NCBI GenBank assembly: GCA_038245295.1
Contig: JBBRSP010000043.1
Coordinates: 1 to 35,261, forward strand
DNA length: 35,261 bases
Source: Candidatus Binatia bacterium
Lineage (GTDB): Bacteria > Desulfobacterota > Binatia > HRBIN30
Direction: 5' to 3'
Each line of letters begins with the position of its first letter. Position 1 is the first letter of the stretch. Position numbers and translations under genes: made by a program. Shown piece after piece: positions 18,366 through 26,944 of this stretch. The notes under the pieces were generated by a model. It was not told where the DNA came from. It saw only the letters and a list, made by a program, of their open reading frames with translations, and ran no database searches.

Positions 18366-19025
18366 TTAGCGTCGGCGACTGCCCGACCGCGCTACGGCGA
18401 GCAGGCCGGCCAATGAGAACTCTGTGATGTGCTGCGCCAGCGTCGGCACGAAATCCGGCGGGTACGCGGCGCGCCCCTTCATCTGTAACAACGCCGGCAT
18501 TCCGACGCGGTAGTAAAACGCCTGTCCCATGATGCTGAACGCGCAACGCTCAATGCCCGACGCCGACAGCTTCGGCGCCAGGCGCTTCAACAAGGCCATC
18601 AGCTCGCCTTGCAGCGGCTCGATGAATTCACGGACAATGACCGGCATTGCTTCGGTTGGATCAACCATCTCTCGCACCATCAGCGTGCTGTGCAGGCTCG
18701 GCGGTGGTCCCACCATCACCTGCAACATCGCCTCGGTCCGGTTGCGTAGTAGCTCGACCAACTCGCGCCGCGTCGCGCGCGCCAGGCGTGCTGGAGAAGC
18801 ATCGGCATTGCGCTTCTCGATTTCGTTCCGCACCTCGGCGAACTGCTCGCGCAGCACTTCGATGTACAGGTCACGCTTGGAACCGTAGTGATAATGCGCT
18901 GCCGCCAGATTGACGCCGCCCCGTTTGGCAATGTCGCGCAACGTCGTGGCGCGAAACCCCTGCTCGCTGAAGAGGGCGGCGGCGGCATCGAGCAGGCGTC
19001 GTTGGGTGCCAATGGATCGCTTCAC
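18366..19025 (-). CDS. TetR/AcrR regulator with CecR(YbiH)-like C-terminal domain
   Basis: HTH LFSEQGFRATTLRDIAKRGGVNLAAAHYHYGSKRDLY, plus REMVDPTEA, FSIMGQ and HITEFSLAGL. Start at GTG 19025. Confidence 0.88.
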   Translation of the reverse strand: MKRSIGTQRRLLDAAAALFSEQGFRATTLRDIAKRGGVNLAAAHYHYGSKRDLYIEVLREQFAEVRNEIEKRNADASPARLARATRRELVELLRNRTEAMLQVMVGPPPSLHSTLMVREMVDPTEAMPVIVREFIEPLQGELMALLKRLAPKLSASGIERCAFSIMGQAFYYRVGMPALLQMKGRAAYPPDFVPTLAQHITEFSLAGLLAVARSGSRRR

Positions 19026-19062
19026 GAAACAACCGTTTAAAACAGATGTTTCAGTCAGGCAA
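19026..19062 (-). promoter_or_regulatory. Sigma70-type promoter overlapped by a palindromic TetR operator
   Basis: Minus strand reads TTGCCT-N17-TAAACG-N8-GTG. The AT-rich palindrome GAAACAACCGTTTAAAACAGATGTTTC (19026-19052) covers the -10 element. Confidence 0.7.
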
Positions 19063-19088
19063 GTGGGGAAATGATCCATTCCGCTGAA

Positions 19089-19289
19089 GCGCGGGGTAGT
19101 GTCTCAGTTTGACCTGTTGGCGGCTGGCGGATGGTGGCTCCAATCGCGGAGCGCGCCACTCCGTGGCGCCCATCGCTGGAATCCAAACCCGCAGCGGGTA
19201 AGGTTCCGTCTGCGGGCGCCACGGAGTGGCGCGCTCCGATTAGAGACCATCGGTGGGCGTGGATTCCAAATTGAGACACTGCCCCGCGC
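19089..19289. mobile_element. MITE-like element with TIRs enclosing a perfect 25-bp inverted REP-like pair
   Basis: 19089-19111 and 19267-19289 are inverted at 21/23 positions. The outer GCGC may be a 4-bp target duplication. Inner 19147-19171 and 19214-19238 form a perfect inverted repeat. Confidence 0.8.
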
Positions 19290-19301
19290 AGGCCCGCGCT
19301 G

Positions 19302-19492
19302 ATGTTGCTGGCGCTCGCGGTTGGCTCGGACTCGAAAGGCTTCGCGCTGTGCGCCCAGACTCGGCTCGGCCACCGGCGGCGCGAGTGTCCGTGCCTGAAG
19401 CTGCGCACGATGTTCGTCGACAACGAAGAGTCGCTGGCGGCGCATCTTGCCAGCGATGCGAAGGTACAACGCGATTGGGACGAGTTCGCCAG
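19302..19492 (+). pseudogene. Fragment of a priming sugar transferase (WbaP/WcaJ-like)
   Basis: LLALAVGSDSKGFALCAQTRLG...CLKLRTMFVDNEESLAAHLASDAKVQRDWDEF is a degenerate copy of the bacterial sugar transferase N-terminal motif. The rest of the domain is absent. Confidence 0.6.
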
Positions 19493-19888
19493 CAACGGCT
19501 GCTCGCGCTTGCAGCGGGGGATCCGCGCATCCTGTTTACCGGCTTCGTTTTCGGTCAGGGCTATCGGGAGCCGCAAACCCGCGCCGCTTGCGACATTCAG
19601 GCCACCGAGGTCGGGGGAACCCACCCGGCTCTTGTCGAAGCGATGGGAGCCGGCATCGCGGTCATCGCCAATGATACGCCGGAGCAGCGCGAGGTCGGTG
19701 GCACAGCGGTGGCCTACTACGATTTGAACGACGACGCCGCGCTCGCCCGCCAAATCAACCGGGTCCTCGGTGGCAACGAGACGCAGCTTGGAGAGGCGGC
19801 GCGACAGCGCGCCAGCGAGCTCTACTCCTGGCGCGCGGTCACTCTGGCGTATGAGCGGGTTCTGAGCCGGCCGCCGCCGGCAAGATGA
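19490..19888 (+). pseudogene. C-terminal fragment of a GT4 glycosyltransferase
   Basis: DPRILFTGFVFG...ATEVGGTHPALVEAMGAG...ARQRASELYSW, with no N-terminal domain. Confidence 0.7.
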
Positions 19889-21695
19889 GTGCCGCTAGAG
19901 CCCACAGGACGTGGTGCATCTCCTTGACCACCAGAGGGTCCTGCGCCAAGGCCGCCACCGACACGGCGAAGAGGCCCAACGCCGCCGCGGTCGCCAGGGC
20001 GCGGCGCGGTGGATCCGGTTGGCGTTGGGCGCGGCGTGCGTCAATGAAGATCGCCATGGGCAGGCACAAGAAGACCAAGAGTCCGACGGCACCAAGCTCG
20101 GCCAACACGCCGAGATAGTTATTGTGCGCCGTCGTCCACATGGGAAGCCGGCGCCCGGCGGCGCGGTGCGCGTGCGGCCGGCGGCTTAGATCGAAGTCGG
20201 GATGCCTGATGACGTAGGCATAGACACCGCGCGGCGCGGCGTTTTCCAGCACCAACTGGGTCGCCGACCAGCGCGCCAGGATCGTGATCGGGCCCCACGA
20301 GCCGTCGGCGCTTTCGATGGTATCGTCCGGCAACACATCGGCCGCGGCGAAGTCGCTGCCATCCGTGCCGTTCAGCCAGCGCTCCAACTTCCCCGGTCCG
20401 CCGGCGGCAATTCGTTTACTTTCGCCCGCCGTACTAGCATCGAGCACCCCGCCAATCGGCCGCAGCTTCATCAACGCGTAGCGCCCGATGCCGGCGCCGA
20501 AGGCGGGATAATCGCGCCACAAGGCGAGCGCCGCACCCCAATGTTCGGAGCGTGCCGGCAGGACCTCATCGATGGGCCGGCGGACGTTCATCGAGACGAT
20601 CGCCATATCGGCAGCCGAGCTCGCGGCGCGACGATCGACGTCGCGCCCGAGATCGAAAAAGGTCACGATGCCGGACGTGGCCAATACGGCGCAGACAACG
20701 CCGAGCAGCAGCAGCGAGACTGCACGCAGCCACACCGGCCGAGCCCGCAAGCCGAGCGATGACGGCGCCCGCCACGCCAGAGCAAATCCCAGCACGAGCG
20801 ACGCGACTGCCCCGATCCAAGAGGAGCGCGACACCGACTGAATCAAGCAGAAGCCGCTCAACCCGATCCACCCGACCGCCAGAGTGCGCGGCCGTGAGGA
20901 TTGAACTGCCATGACGACACCTAAGGGGAGGAGGCTCGCCAGGTAGACGCCGAACGTATTCGGGTCCTGTAGGGTGGCCGAGACACGAAACAGATCGGGC
21001 TGGACGCGCATAAAGAAGTCGATAGGGGCGAATTGCCAGATCGACTGCGCGACGCCCACCAGGCACGCCGTCGCCGCCCCGGCGATCAGACTCGCGGCGA
21101 GGTCGTGGCCATCCCCTTTAATCTCCGGAAGCGAGAGGAAGTAGAACCAAGCCCCACCGATGAGCCAGAGCAGCGTGTGATGCACAACGAGAAAGTCGTC
21201 GCGCATGAAGTCGATGAGCTGCGGCGCAAAGTACTGGCGCAGCGGCGCAGCGATGAGATCGAGAGGAGGAACGCCGACGACGGCATACTGGTACGCCACC
21301 GTGGCAAACGACACGACGACCACGGCCTCGAAGGCCAACAACGCTGCCGGTAAGAGAGCACGGCCGTCGCGACGGGTGCCGCAGAAGAGAAGACGCAGCG
21401 TCGCACCGGTCATCGTGCCGAGAAGCAAGTGCTCGCCCACCGAGACACTCGGCATGTCGAGCACCGCGCGCATCACCACCGGTAAAAGCGGGGAAACGAA
21501 CAAGGCCACCAGCGCGGTTTGTCGCGGCCACGCAAGGGCAGCGAGCGCAAAGACGGAGGGGAGTACGATGCGCAGCAAGGCGTTCATGTCCACCGTCGTG
21601 GCAGGGGGAGCCGCCGCGCCAGCGCCCAGGGCGGCCCAGAACAGCAGGGACGAGACGGCAAACAAACCCAACGGACGGAGGCGGTGGCGCAACAT
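19839..21695 (-). CDS. O-antigen ligase / Wzy_C family membrane protein
   Basis: Multi-TM protein with RVSATLQDPNTFG, SVSRSSWIG, WRDYPAFGAGIG and AHNNYLGVLAELGAVG motifs. Confidence 0.85.
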   Translation of the reverse strand: MLRHRLRPLGLFAVSSLLFWAALGAGAAAPPATTVDMNALLRIVLPSVFALAALAWPRQTALVALFVSPLLPVVMRAVLDMPSVSVGEHLLLGTMTGATLRLLFCGTRRDGRALLPAALLAFEAVVVVSFATVAYQYAVVGVPPLDLIAAPLRQYFAPQLIDFMRDDFLVVHHTLLWLIGGAWFYFLSLPEIKGDGHDLAASLIAGAATACLVGVAQSIWQFAPIDFFMRVQPDLFRVSATLQDPNTFGVYLASLLPLGVVMAVQSSRPRTLAVGWIGLSGFCLIQSVSRSSWIGAVASLVLGFALAWRAPSSLGLRARPVWLRAVSLLLLGVVCAVLATSGIVTFFDLGRDVDRRAASSAADMAIVSMNVRRPIDEVLPARSEHWGAALALWRDYPAFGAGIGRYALMKLRPIGGVLDASTAGESKRIAAGGPGKLERWLNGTDGSDFAAADVLPDDTIESADGSWGPITILARWSATQLVLENAAPRGVYAYVIRHPDFDLSRRPHAHRAAGRRLPMWTTAHNNYLGVLAELGAVGLLVFLCLPMAIFIDARRAQRQPDPPRRALATAAALGLFAVSVAALAQDPLVVKEMHHVLWALAALILPAAAGSEPAHTPE

Positions 21696-21776
21696 GCGTG
21701 GGGCTAACCTCTCAGGGGGCGGGTACCCGGCGCAAGCGTAGCTACCGCCGCGTCGAACCTGCTAGCCGTTGCAGTT

Positions 21777-22037
21777 GTGCCGCGACGACCGCTCACCATC
21801 TTGCAGGTCAACAAGTACTTCTTCGTCAAGGGTGGCTCCGAGCGCTACCTGTTCGAGCTGCGGGCGGGACTGGCGGCGCGCGGCCACCGTATCGTCGACT
21901 TCGCGATGCACGATCCGCGCAACGAGCCGTCGCCGTGGGCCCGTTTCTTTGTTTCTCATGCAAGCTTCGGCGACGATGGTCCGGTGGCAGCGTGGCGCGC
22001 GCCGTTCCGGTTGGCGCGGGCGATCTACAGTCGCGAT
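21777..22037 (+). pseudogene. N-terminal fragment of a GT4 glycosyltransferase
   Basis: ILQVNKYFFVKGGSERYLFEL...GHRIVDFAMHDPRN...AIYSR. Similarity is lost after about 22037, although the ORF continues to 22328. Confidence 0.7.
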
Positions 22038-22202
22038 GAACCTGCGGCCGTGGGAACAGCTGCAGCGCGTGGCGCAATGCTTCACCGTAGAGACTGGCGG
22101 CGCGGTAATGCCACATGGGCATCCAACCCGCAGCGATGCGTTGCGGCTCGGCATCGAGGGCCGCCGGCCAGTCGAGAGTTTCGAAGCCGCGGCGTTGCTG
22201 AT

Positions 22203-22313
22203 AGGCCCCTCTTTCTCCGCTGCCATCATGATTTGCGGATGCTGACGGAAGTAGCGGAACAGCGAAGTCGTTCCGCAGCGCATGGCGCCGACGATGAACA
22301 GGTTGGGCAGCAT
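22203..22313 (-). pseudogene. N-terminal fragment of a sulfotransferase
   Basis: MLPNLFIVGAMRCGTTSLFRYFRQHPQIMMAAEKE is the 5'-PSB loop of PAPS-dependent sulfotransferases. Similarity ends after about 37 codons. Confidence 0.7.
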
Positions 22314-22501
22314 GAGTCAGTCGACTGAAGCGGCGCTCAGAATGTTCCGATCATCGTGGCGACGCGTAGCGCACACGCAGGCGCTTGCGCCAGTAGGTGG
22401 GCGCAGTTCCGGCTCGCGGATGTCTCATAAACTCGCTGTTGGCACAGCGGCCTGCCGACGAGCCGGGGTGGGACGGCAATAGAGACGAGCAGGGGTCGCG
22501 G

Positions 22502-22626
22502 CGGTCAAAAACCCCAGACTTTTCGAGGGGCGTCGCGCGAAATCTCCAAAAAACGTTGAGTTTTGGTGCGTCGGTAGAGTCGTCCCGACCCGTGGGAGGG
22601 GCTCCTGGGGCTTCCTAGCGCGTCGT
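22502..22626. repeat. Conserved non-coding motif, copy A
   Basis: CCAAAAAACGTTGAGTTT (22546-22563), GGGGCTCCTGG (22598-22608) and GCGCGTCGT recur in the same order at 34569-34648. Confidence 0.6.
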
Positions 22627-22707
22627 CGTAGGGCCTCGCGACGGGAAAATTCGAGCTCCGCGCCGTGCCGCGGCGGAACGCATGCGAGATGCGCTGTCTG
22701 TCTCGGT

Positions 22708-24240
22708 TCAGGATCTGGCGAGAGCGCGACGCAGACTCTCGACCAGTGCATTGGTACCCGCAGCAGTCGTGGCAGTGCCAAAGATGTAGAAGTCCGGACG
22801 TTGCAACACGACTTCCACCCCATTGCGCTCGAACCAGTGGTGATAATCGCCGCCAACATCGTGTACTTCTCCGACGGCTCCCACCTGCGCGATGATGCCG
22901 CCAAGGGAAGCGAAGAACTCCGCCATGTCGGGTTCGAGCCACGCCGCCGGATCAGCGCTCTTACCGAGCAACACCCAGCCGCGTCCGACGACATCGTCGA
23001 AACGACCGGTATGCGGACCGCACTGCACAACCCCCTGCACCATCAGCTGGCCGGCGTGTTCGTCACCCTCCAGCCGTACTCCCGGACCGATGCCGACGGC
23101 CTGCGGCGCCGGCGGCGCTTGTCCCGCCTTGGCAGCGGCGACCATCAGGGCATCGCGACCCGCTGCCTCCTCCGCATCCGCAATGCAGATCACTCGCCCC
23201 AACCCCATGGAGAACTGAATCATGGCACCGACATGCGGGATGCGCTCGCTGGCGTAGGTGTCGAGTAACGCATCGGGCGCCTTGTCGGCCAAGACGAGAT
23301 CGAGCTTCCAAGCCAGGTTGGCGGCATCACGAATGCCGGAGCACATGCCCTGACCGGCGAACGGCGGCATCTGATGCGCCGCGTCACCCGCCAACAGCAG
23401 GCGCCCCTTGCGCCACGTGTCGACCCAGCGCGCTTGAAAGCGATACACCGTGTGGCGCTCGAGCGTCGCTGTCGCCGGAGTCATTCCCCACGCCGCGAGC
23501 AGGCGCCACGCCGTGTCGGCGCTGTTGAGCTCGTCGATACTTTCTCCCGGCAGGCGCATGAACTCCCAGCGTCGTCGGCCGCGGCCACCGGATACCAGCG
23601 TCGTCGGACGCAGCGGATCGCAGACCTGTATGTTGAGCGGGCGCCACACCTTGGGTTCGTGCGGCACGATGTCGACGATCAGCCAATCGAAGAAGAAGCC
23701 GAGATCGGTGACGGTCGCGCCGAGGTGCGGCCGCACCGTACTGTTGGCCCCGTCGCACCCAACGACATAGCGCGCCTGCACCGTCCGGCGGCCCTCCGCG
23801 GAAACAACTTCGAGCGTCACGCCCGTCTTCGAAGCCACCACGTCCACCACTTCACAGCCGCGCTGCAGTGCAATCTCCGCGAAGGAGTGAGCCTGGGTAT
23901 CGAGCACACGCTCGAGGTCGGGCTGCGCGAACATGTTGGCCTCCGGCCAACCGCACGAGCCGAGCGCCCGTGATTCGAGATAGAGCAGCGTTTCACCCGC
24001 GGCGTTGCGCCATTCGTACACATCGGCCGCTTCAGTGGTGTCGAAGATGTCGTCGATCACGTCAGCCGCCTGTAAGATGCGCGCCACTTCGTGGTCGAAG
24101 TGGACAGCCCGCGGCAACGGATAGATGGCCGGCTGCTTGTCGAAGATGCCGACCTTCCAGCCGCGTTGCGCCAGGAGAATGGAAAGCGTCAGACCTACCG
24201 GTCCGGCACCGACGATCGCGACGTCGTACGCTAGCACCAT
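22708..24240 (-). CDS. FAD-dependent aromatic monooxygenase, MhpA-like
   Basis: GAGPVG, PRAVHFD, VVGCDGANSTVR and LAGDAAHQMPPFAGQGMCSGIRDAANLAWKL motifs. Confidence 0.9.
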   Translation of the reverse strand: MVLAYDVAIVGAGPVGLTLSILLAQRGWKVGIFDKQPAIYPLPRAVHFDHEVARILQAADVIDDIFDTTEAADVYEWRNAAGETLLYLESRALGSCGWPEANMFAQPDLERVLDTQAHSFAEIALQRGCEVVDVVASKTGVTLEVVSAEGRRTVQARYVVGCDGANSTVRPHLGATVTDLGFFFDWLIVDIVPHEPKVWRPLNIQVCDPLRPTTLVSGGRGRRRWEFMRLPGESIDELNSADTAWRLLAAWGMTPATATLERHTVYRFQARWVDTWRKGRLLLAGDAAHQMPPFAGQGMCSGIRDAANLAWKLDLVLADKAPDALLDTYASERIPHVGAMIQFSMGLGRVICIADAEEAAGRDALMVAAAKAGQAPPAPQAVGIGPGVRLEGDEHAGQLMVQGVVQCGPHTGRFDDVVGRGWVLLGKSADPAAWLEPDMAEFFASLGGIIAQVGAVGEVHDVGGDYHHWFERNGVEVVLQRPDFYIFGTATTAAGTNALVESLRRALARS

Positions 24241-24245
24241 GGTGT

Positions 24246-25121
24246 TTAGATCCTTGCGGTGTCTGACGGCTCGGCGATGACGCGGTTCTCGATGTACCCG
24301 AGGCGCTCGATCTCGACGCGCACGACGTCATCGACAGCCAGAAATCGTGGCGGCTGCATGGCACCGCCGACACCCGACGGTGTGCCGGTGCTGATGATGT
24401 CGCCGGGCTCCAGGGTAAAGGCGGTCGACAGATGCTCGACCTGCGCGAAGCAGTCGAACACGAACTCCCTGGTGTTCGAGTGCTGGCGCAGGTCACCATT
24501 CACCCAGGTGCGGATCTCCAGTGCGTGCGGATCGCCGACTTCGTCGGGCGTGACGATCCACGGTCCGATGGGTCCGTGTGTGTCGAACGATTTACCGATG
24601 GTCCAGGTGGGCACACGTAGCTGCCAGTCGCGCACGGTGACGTCGTCGGCAACCATGTAACCGGCGATGACTTCGTGCGCCCTCTCGCGCGGCACATGGC
24701 GGCAGCGACGTCCTATGACGAACGCCAGCTCGCCTTCGTAATCGAGCAGCGGAGAGACTCTGGGAAGATGAATCGGATCGTAGGGGCCGGCGACGCAGGT
24801 CGACTGCTTGTTGAAAAACAACGGTAGGCTCGGTGTCGGTTGTCCCGACTCGGCGCAGTGGTCGGCGTAGTTGAGACCGATGGCGAGGAACTTGGGCGGG
24901 CGCAGAACCGGGGCGGCGAGCCGCACGTCGGCAAGGGCTAGGCGTCCGGCGCTTTGACCAGCGGCCTTGCGCGCCCCCGCCAACGCCGGCGCACCGGCGG
25001 TCAGGAACGCGACCATCTCACGCGGCAGCTCCGGCGCCGCAACGCTCAAGTCGATGATCTGGTCGTCGACCACGACACCGATTCGCGGTGCGCCGTTGTG
25101 CGTGAAGGTGGCGAGCTTCAT
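24246..25121 (-). CDS. Fumarylacetoacetate hydrolase family protein
   Basis: IGLNYADH, DYEGEL, DDVTVRDWQ, GKSFDT and LEPGDIISTGTPSGVG motifs. Confidence 0.93.
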   Translation of the reverse strand: MKLATFTHNGAPRIGVVVDDQIIDLSVAAPELPREMVAFLTAGAPALAGARKAAGQSAGRLALADVRLAAPVLRPPKFLAIGLNYADHCAESGQPTPSLPLFFNKQSTCVAGPYDPIHLPRVSPLLDYEGELAFVIGRRCRHVPRERAHEVIAGYMVADDVTVRDWQLRVPTWTIGKSFDTHGPIGPWIVTPDEVGDPHALEIRTWVNGDLRQHSNTREFVFDCFAQVEHLSTAFTLEPGDIISTGTPSGVGGAMQPPRFLAVDDVVRVEIERLGYIENRVIAEPSDTARI

Positions 25122-25204
25122 CGTCGATCTCCTTTTGGCCGGTCTCCTATCCCTGATAACTCAGCAGCAGTGCAAGCAACCATCGGTGACGACAGATTTG
25201 CGCT

Positions 25205-25235
25205 CCGCTCACACTGAGCCCGTCGAAGGGTGAGC
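25205..25235. repeat. 31-bp palindromic repeat, left flank of the GIY-YIG gene
   Basis: Its reverse complement matches 21-51 at 29/31 and 25568-25598 at 28/31 positions. Confidence 0.85.
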
Positions 25236-25520
25236 TCCCCGACCATACCCACGCGCCAGACGCCTGATCTCTTCCCAGTCTCCACGGATCAGGGCTTCCT
25301 TCTTCTTGCCGCTCCAACCTTTGATCTGCTGTTCGGCGGCAAAGGCTGCATCCCGTGTTTGGAAGTCCTCTGAGTATACGAGTTCCACGGGGCGGCGCGT
25401 ACTTGTGTACCCTCCAAGTTCGCCGGACGCATGCTGCCCGATCCTCTGTTCGAGGTTGTCGGTATGTCCGACATAATAGGATCCGTCGGCACATCGCAGG
25501 AGATAGATCCAGAAGGACAT
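25209..25520 (-). CDS. Small GIY-YIG nuclease (UPF0213/YhbQ-like)
   Basis: WIYLLRCADGSYYVGHTDNLEQRIGQH...YTSTRRPVELVY...EQQIKGWSGKKKEALI. Confidence 0.92.
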   Translation of the reverse strand: MSFWIYLLRCADGSYYVGHTDNLEQRIGQHASGELGGYTSTRRPVELVYSEDFQTRDAAFAAEQQIKGWSGKKKEALIRGDWEEIRRLARGYGRGAHPSTGSV

Positions 25521-25567
25521 GGCTGGGTGTTATGTGGCGATGCTCAGAGTATGCCAATCCACCGGAG

Positions 25568-25598
25568 GCTCACCCTTCGACGAGCTCAAGGTGAGCGG
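25568..25598. repeat. 31-bp palindromic repeat, right flank of the GIY-YIG gene
   Basis: GCTCACCCTTCGACGAGCTCAAGGTGAGCGG, inverted relative to 25205-25235. Confidence 0.85.
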
Positions 25599-25617
25599 TG
25601 TATGAACCGTTGAAGAC

Positions 25618-26418
25618 CTACGACGCCTCCCCGTCTTCCGCGTGCTCCGGATGAAACAACAGGTGACGGATCTCGAAATACGCCTCGCGCAGATCCAGTT
25701 CGAACTCGGCCAGCCCGGCCGCGTCCAGCGGGCGACCGAGAGCAGCCGCGATCTTGTCGCGCAGTTCAATCAGGCCGTCGTGCAACTCCGCGGGGATGAG
25801 CGTCGGATAGGCGCCGATCAGAATCGCCGCGCCGTCGAGCTCGACGATTCTTGTAAAGAGGATGGAGCCGTCTGGGATATCATCGGTGGCGTCCGGTTCG
25901 AGCACCGAGTGCGGCGTATCGATCATGATGTCGTGCATCCGCAACACCGGCCCGCCCTGGTCGGCGGCGATGGAACAGAAACTATATGGGCGTTGCGCCA
26001 CGGCGTCGATGAAGCGCTTGTCGAAATCGCTCAGCCTGTCGCCATGCGCCGTCACGTACTCACTCAGCAGCGTGTCGGTCGGCACGCGGGCCCCCTCGGG
26101 GCGCTCGGCTTCGGGATCCGGGATCCAATCGAAGACGAACCAGGGGATGAACGAGCTATGGAACTCGTCGGCCTCGTCCGGCTCCTCGACACAGGCGTCG
26201 GAGAACGTGAAGTCCGACCACGCCTCTTCAACGATCGAGTTGTCGTATTTCTCTTTGGCGAACTCGACGACCGCGTCGATCACTTTGTCCTCGGCCTGTC
26301 GCAATTTCAGACGCATCGATTCCAGTTCCTTGAACGAATCGAGGCAGCAGTGTTTGTGTTTCTTGCCGCTGCCACAGGGGCAAGGCTCATTACGTTCAAC
26401 TTTTGCGCGACCGGCCAT
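25618..26418 (-). CDS. SEC-C metal-binding motif protein
   Basis: N-terminal RNEPCPCGSGKKHKHCC followed by an acidic domain with FIPWFVFDW. Confidence 0.85.
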   Translation of the reverse strand: MAGRAKVERNEPCPCGSGKKHKHCCLDSFKELESMRLKLRQAEDKVIDAVVEFAKEKYDNSIVEEAWSDFTFSDACVEEPDEADEFHSSFIPWFVFDWIPDPEAERPEGARVPTDTLLSEYVTAHGDRLSDFDKRFIDAVAQRPYSFCSIAADQGGPVLRMHDIMIDTPHSVLEPDATDDIPDGSILFTRIVELDGAAILIGAYPTLIPAELHDGLIELRDKIAAALGRPLDAAGLAEFELDLREAYFEIRHLLFHPEHAEDGEAS

Positions 26419-26487
26419 AGGGCACCCTCTTTTCTGCGTCACTTCGTAGGCGAGCGCATGAGTGATGTCGACTAGCCCTCGGTGGAG

Positions 26488-26841
26488 TCAGCCCAGCAAC
26501 ATGCGCATCGGCTCGAGGGTGCGCTTGAACGGGTGCAAGACCAGTCCGACCTCTTGGAGGGTGACGATGCCGAGAAGCGGATCGTCCCCGGGCTCACCGA
26601 GAATCACCGGCGTATGGCCATCACCGTGTTGCAGCCTGATGTGGCATTCCGACACCGGGCGGTCGATCGACGATCCATCGGCCAGAGAGAATGTCACTAT
26701 ACGCTTCGGCTTCAATCCGAGGTCCTTCCACACATCGTGTGGGACAAGGGTATAGACGGCACCGCTATCGACGAGAAATGGGAGCGTTGCCTGCCTTCCC
26801 GTCGGGCCCGTCAGCGTCCCTTCGGCGTATGTGATGCCCAT
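26488..26841 (-). CDS. Clan AA (retropepsin-like) aspartyl protease
   Basis: MGITY...FLVDSGAVYTLVP...LADG...PLLGIVTLQEVGLVL. Confidence 0.85.
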   Translation of the reverse strand: MGITYAEGTLTGPTGRQATLPFLVDSGAVYTLVPHDVWKDLGLKPKRIVTFSLADGSSIDRPVSECHIRLQHGDGHTPVILGEPGDDPLLGIVTLQEVGLVLHPFKRTLEPMRMLLG

Positions 26842-26944
26842 GCCGCATAAGGATGCCACTGCGGAGCAGCGACGCGCAGTGCCTTCGGTGCATACATGCA
26901 TCGTCGCATTGCCCCGCCTCGCGGGTTTCTGGCGGCTGGTCACT

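Noticed and set aside
19253..22328. A single GT4 gene split or permuted around the ligase
   Set aside because: The C-terminal fragment lies upstream of the N-terminal one and the middle is missing. Two separate decayed genes is the simpler reading.
22527..22560. Tn3-family 38-bp inverted repeat (GGGG...ACGTTGAG)
   Set aside because: Only 34 bp, the second copy is in direct rather than inverted orientation, and there is no transposase or 5-bp duplication. Kept as an unexplained motif instead.
22745..22757. JUMPStart-like CAGTGCATTGGTA near polysaccharide genes
   Set aside because: It lies inside the monooxygenase CDS and lacks the ops GGCGGTAG element.
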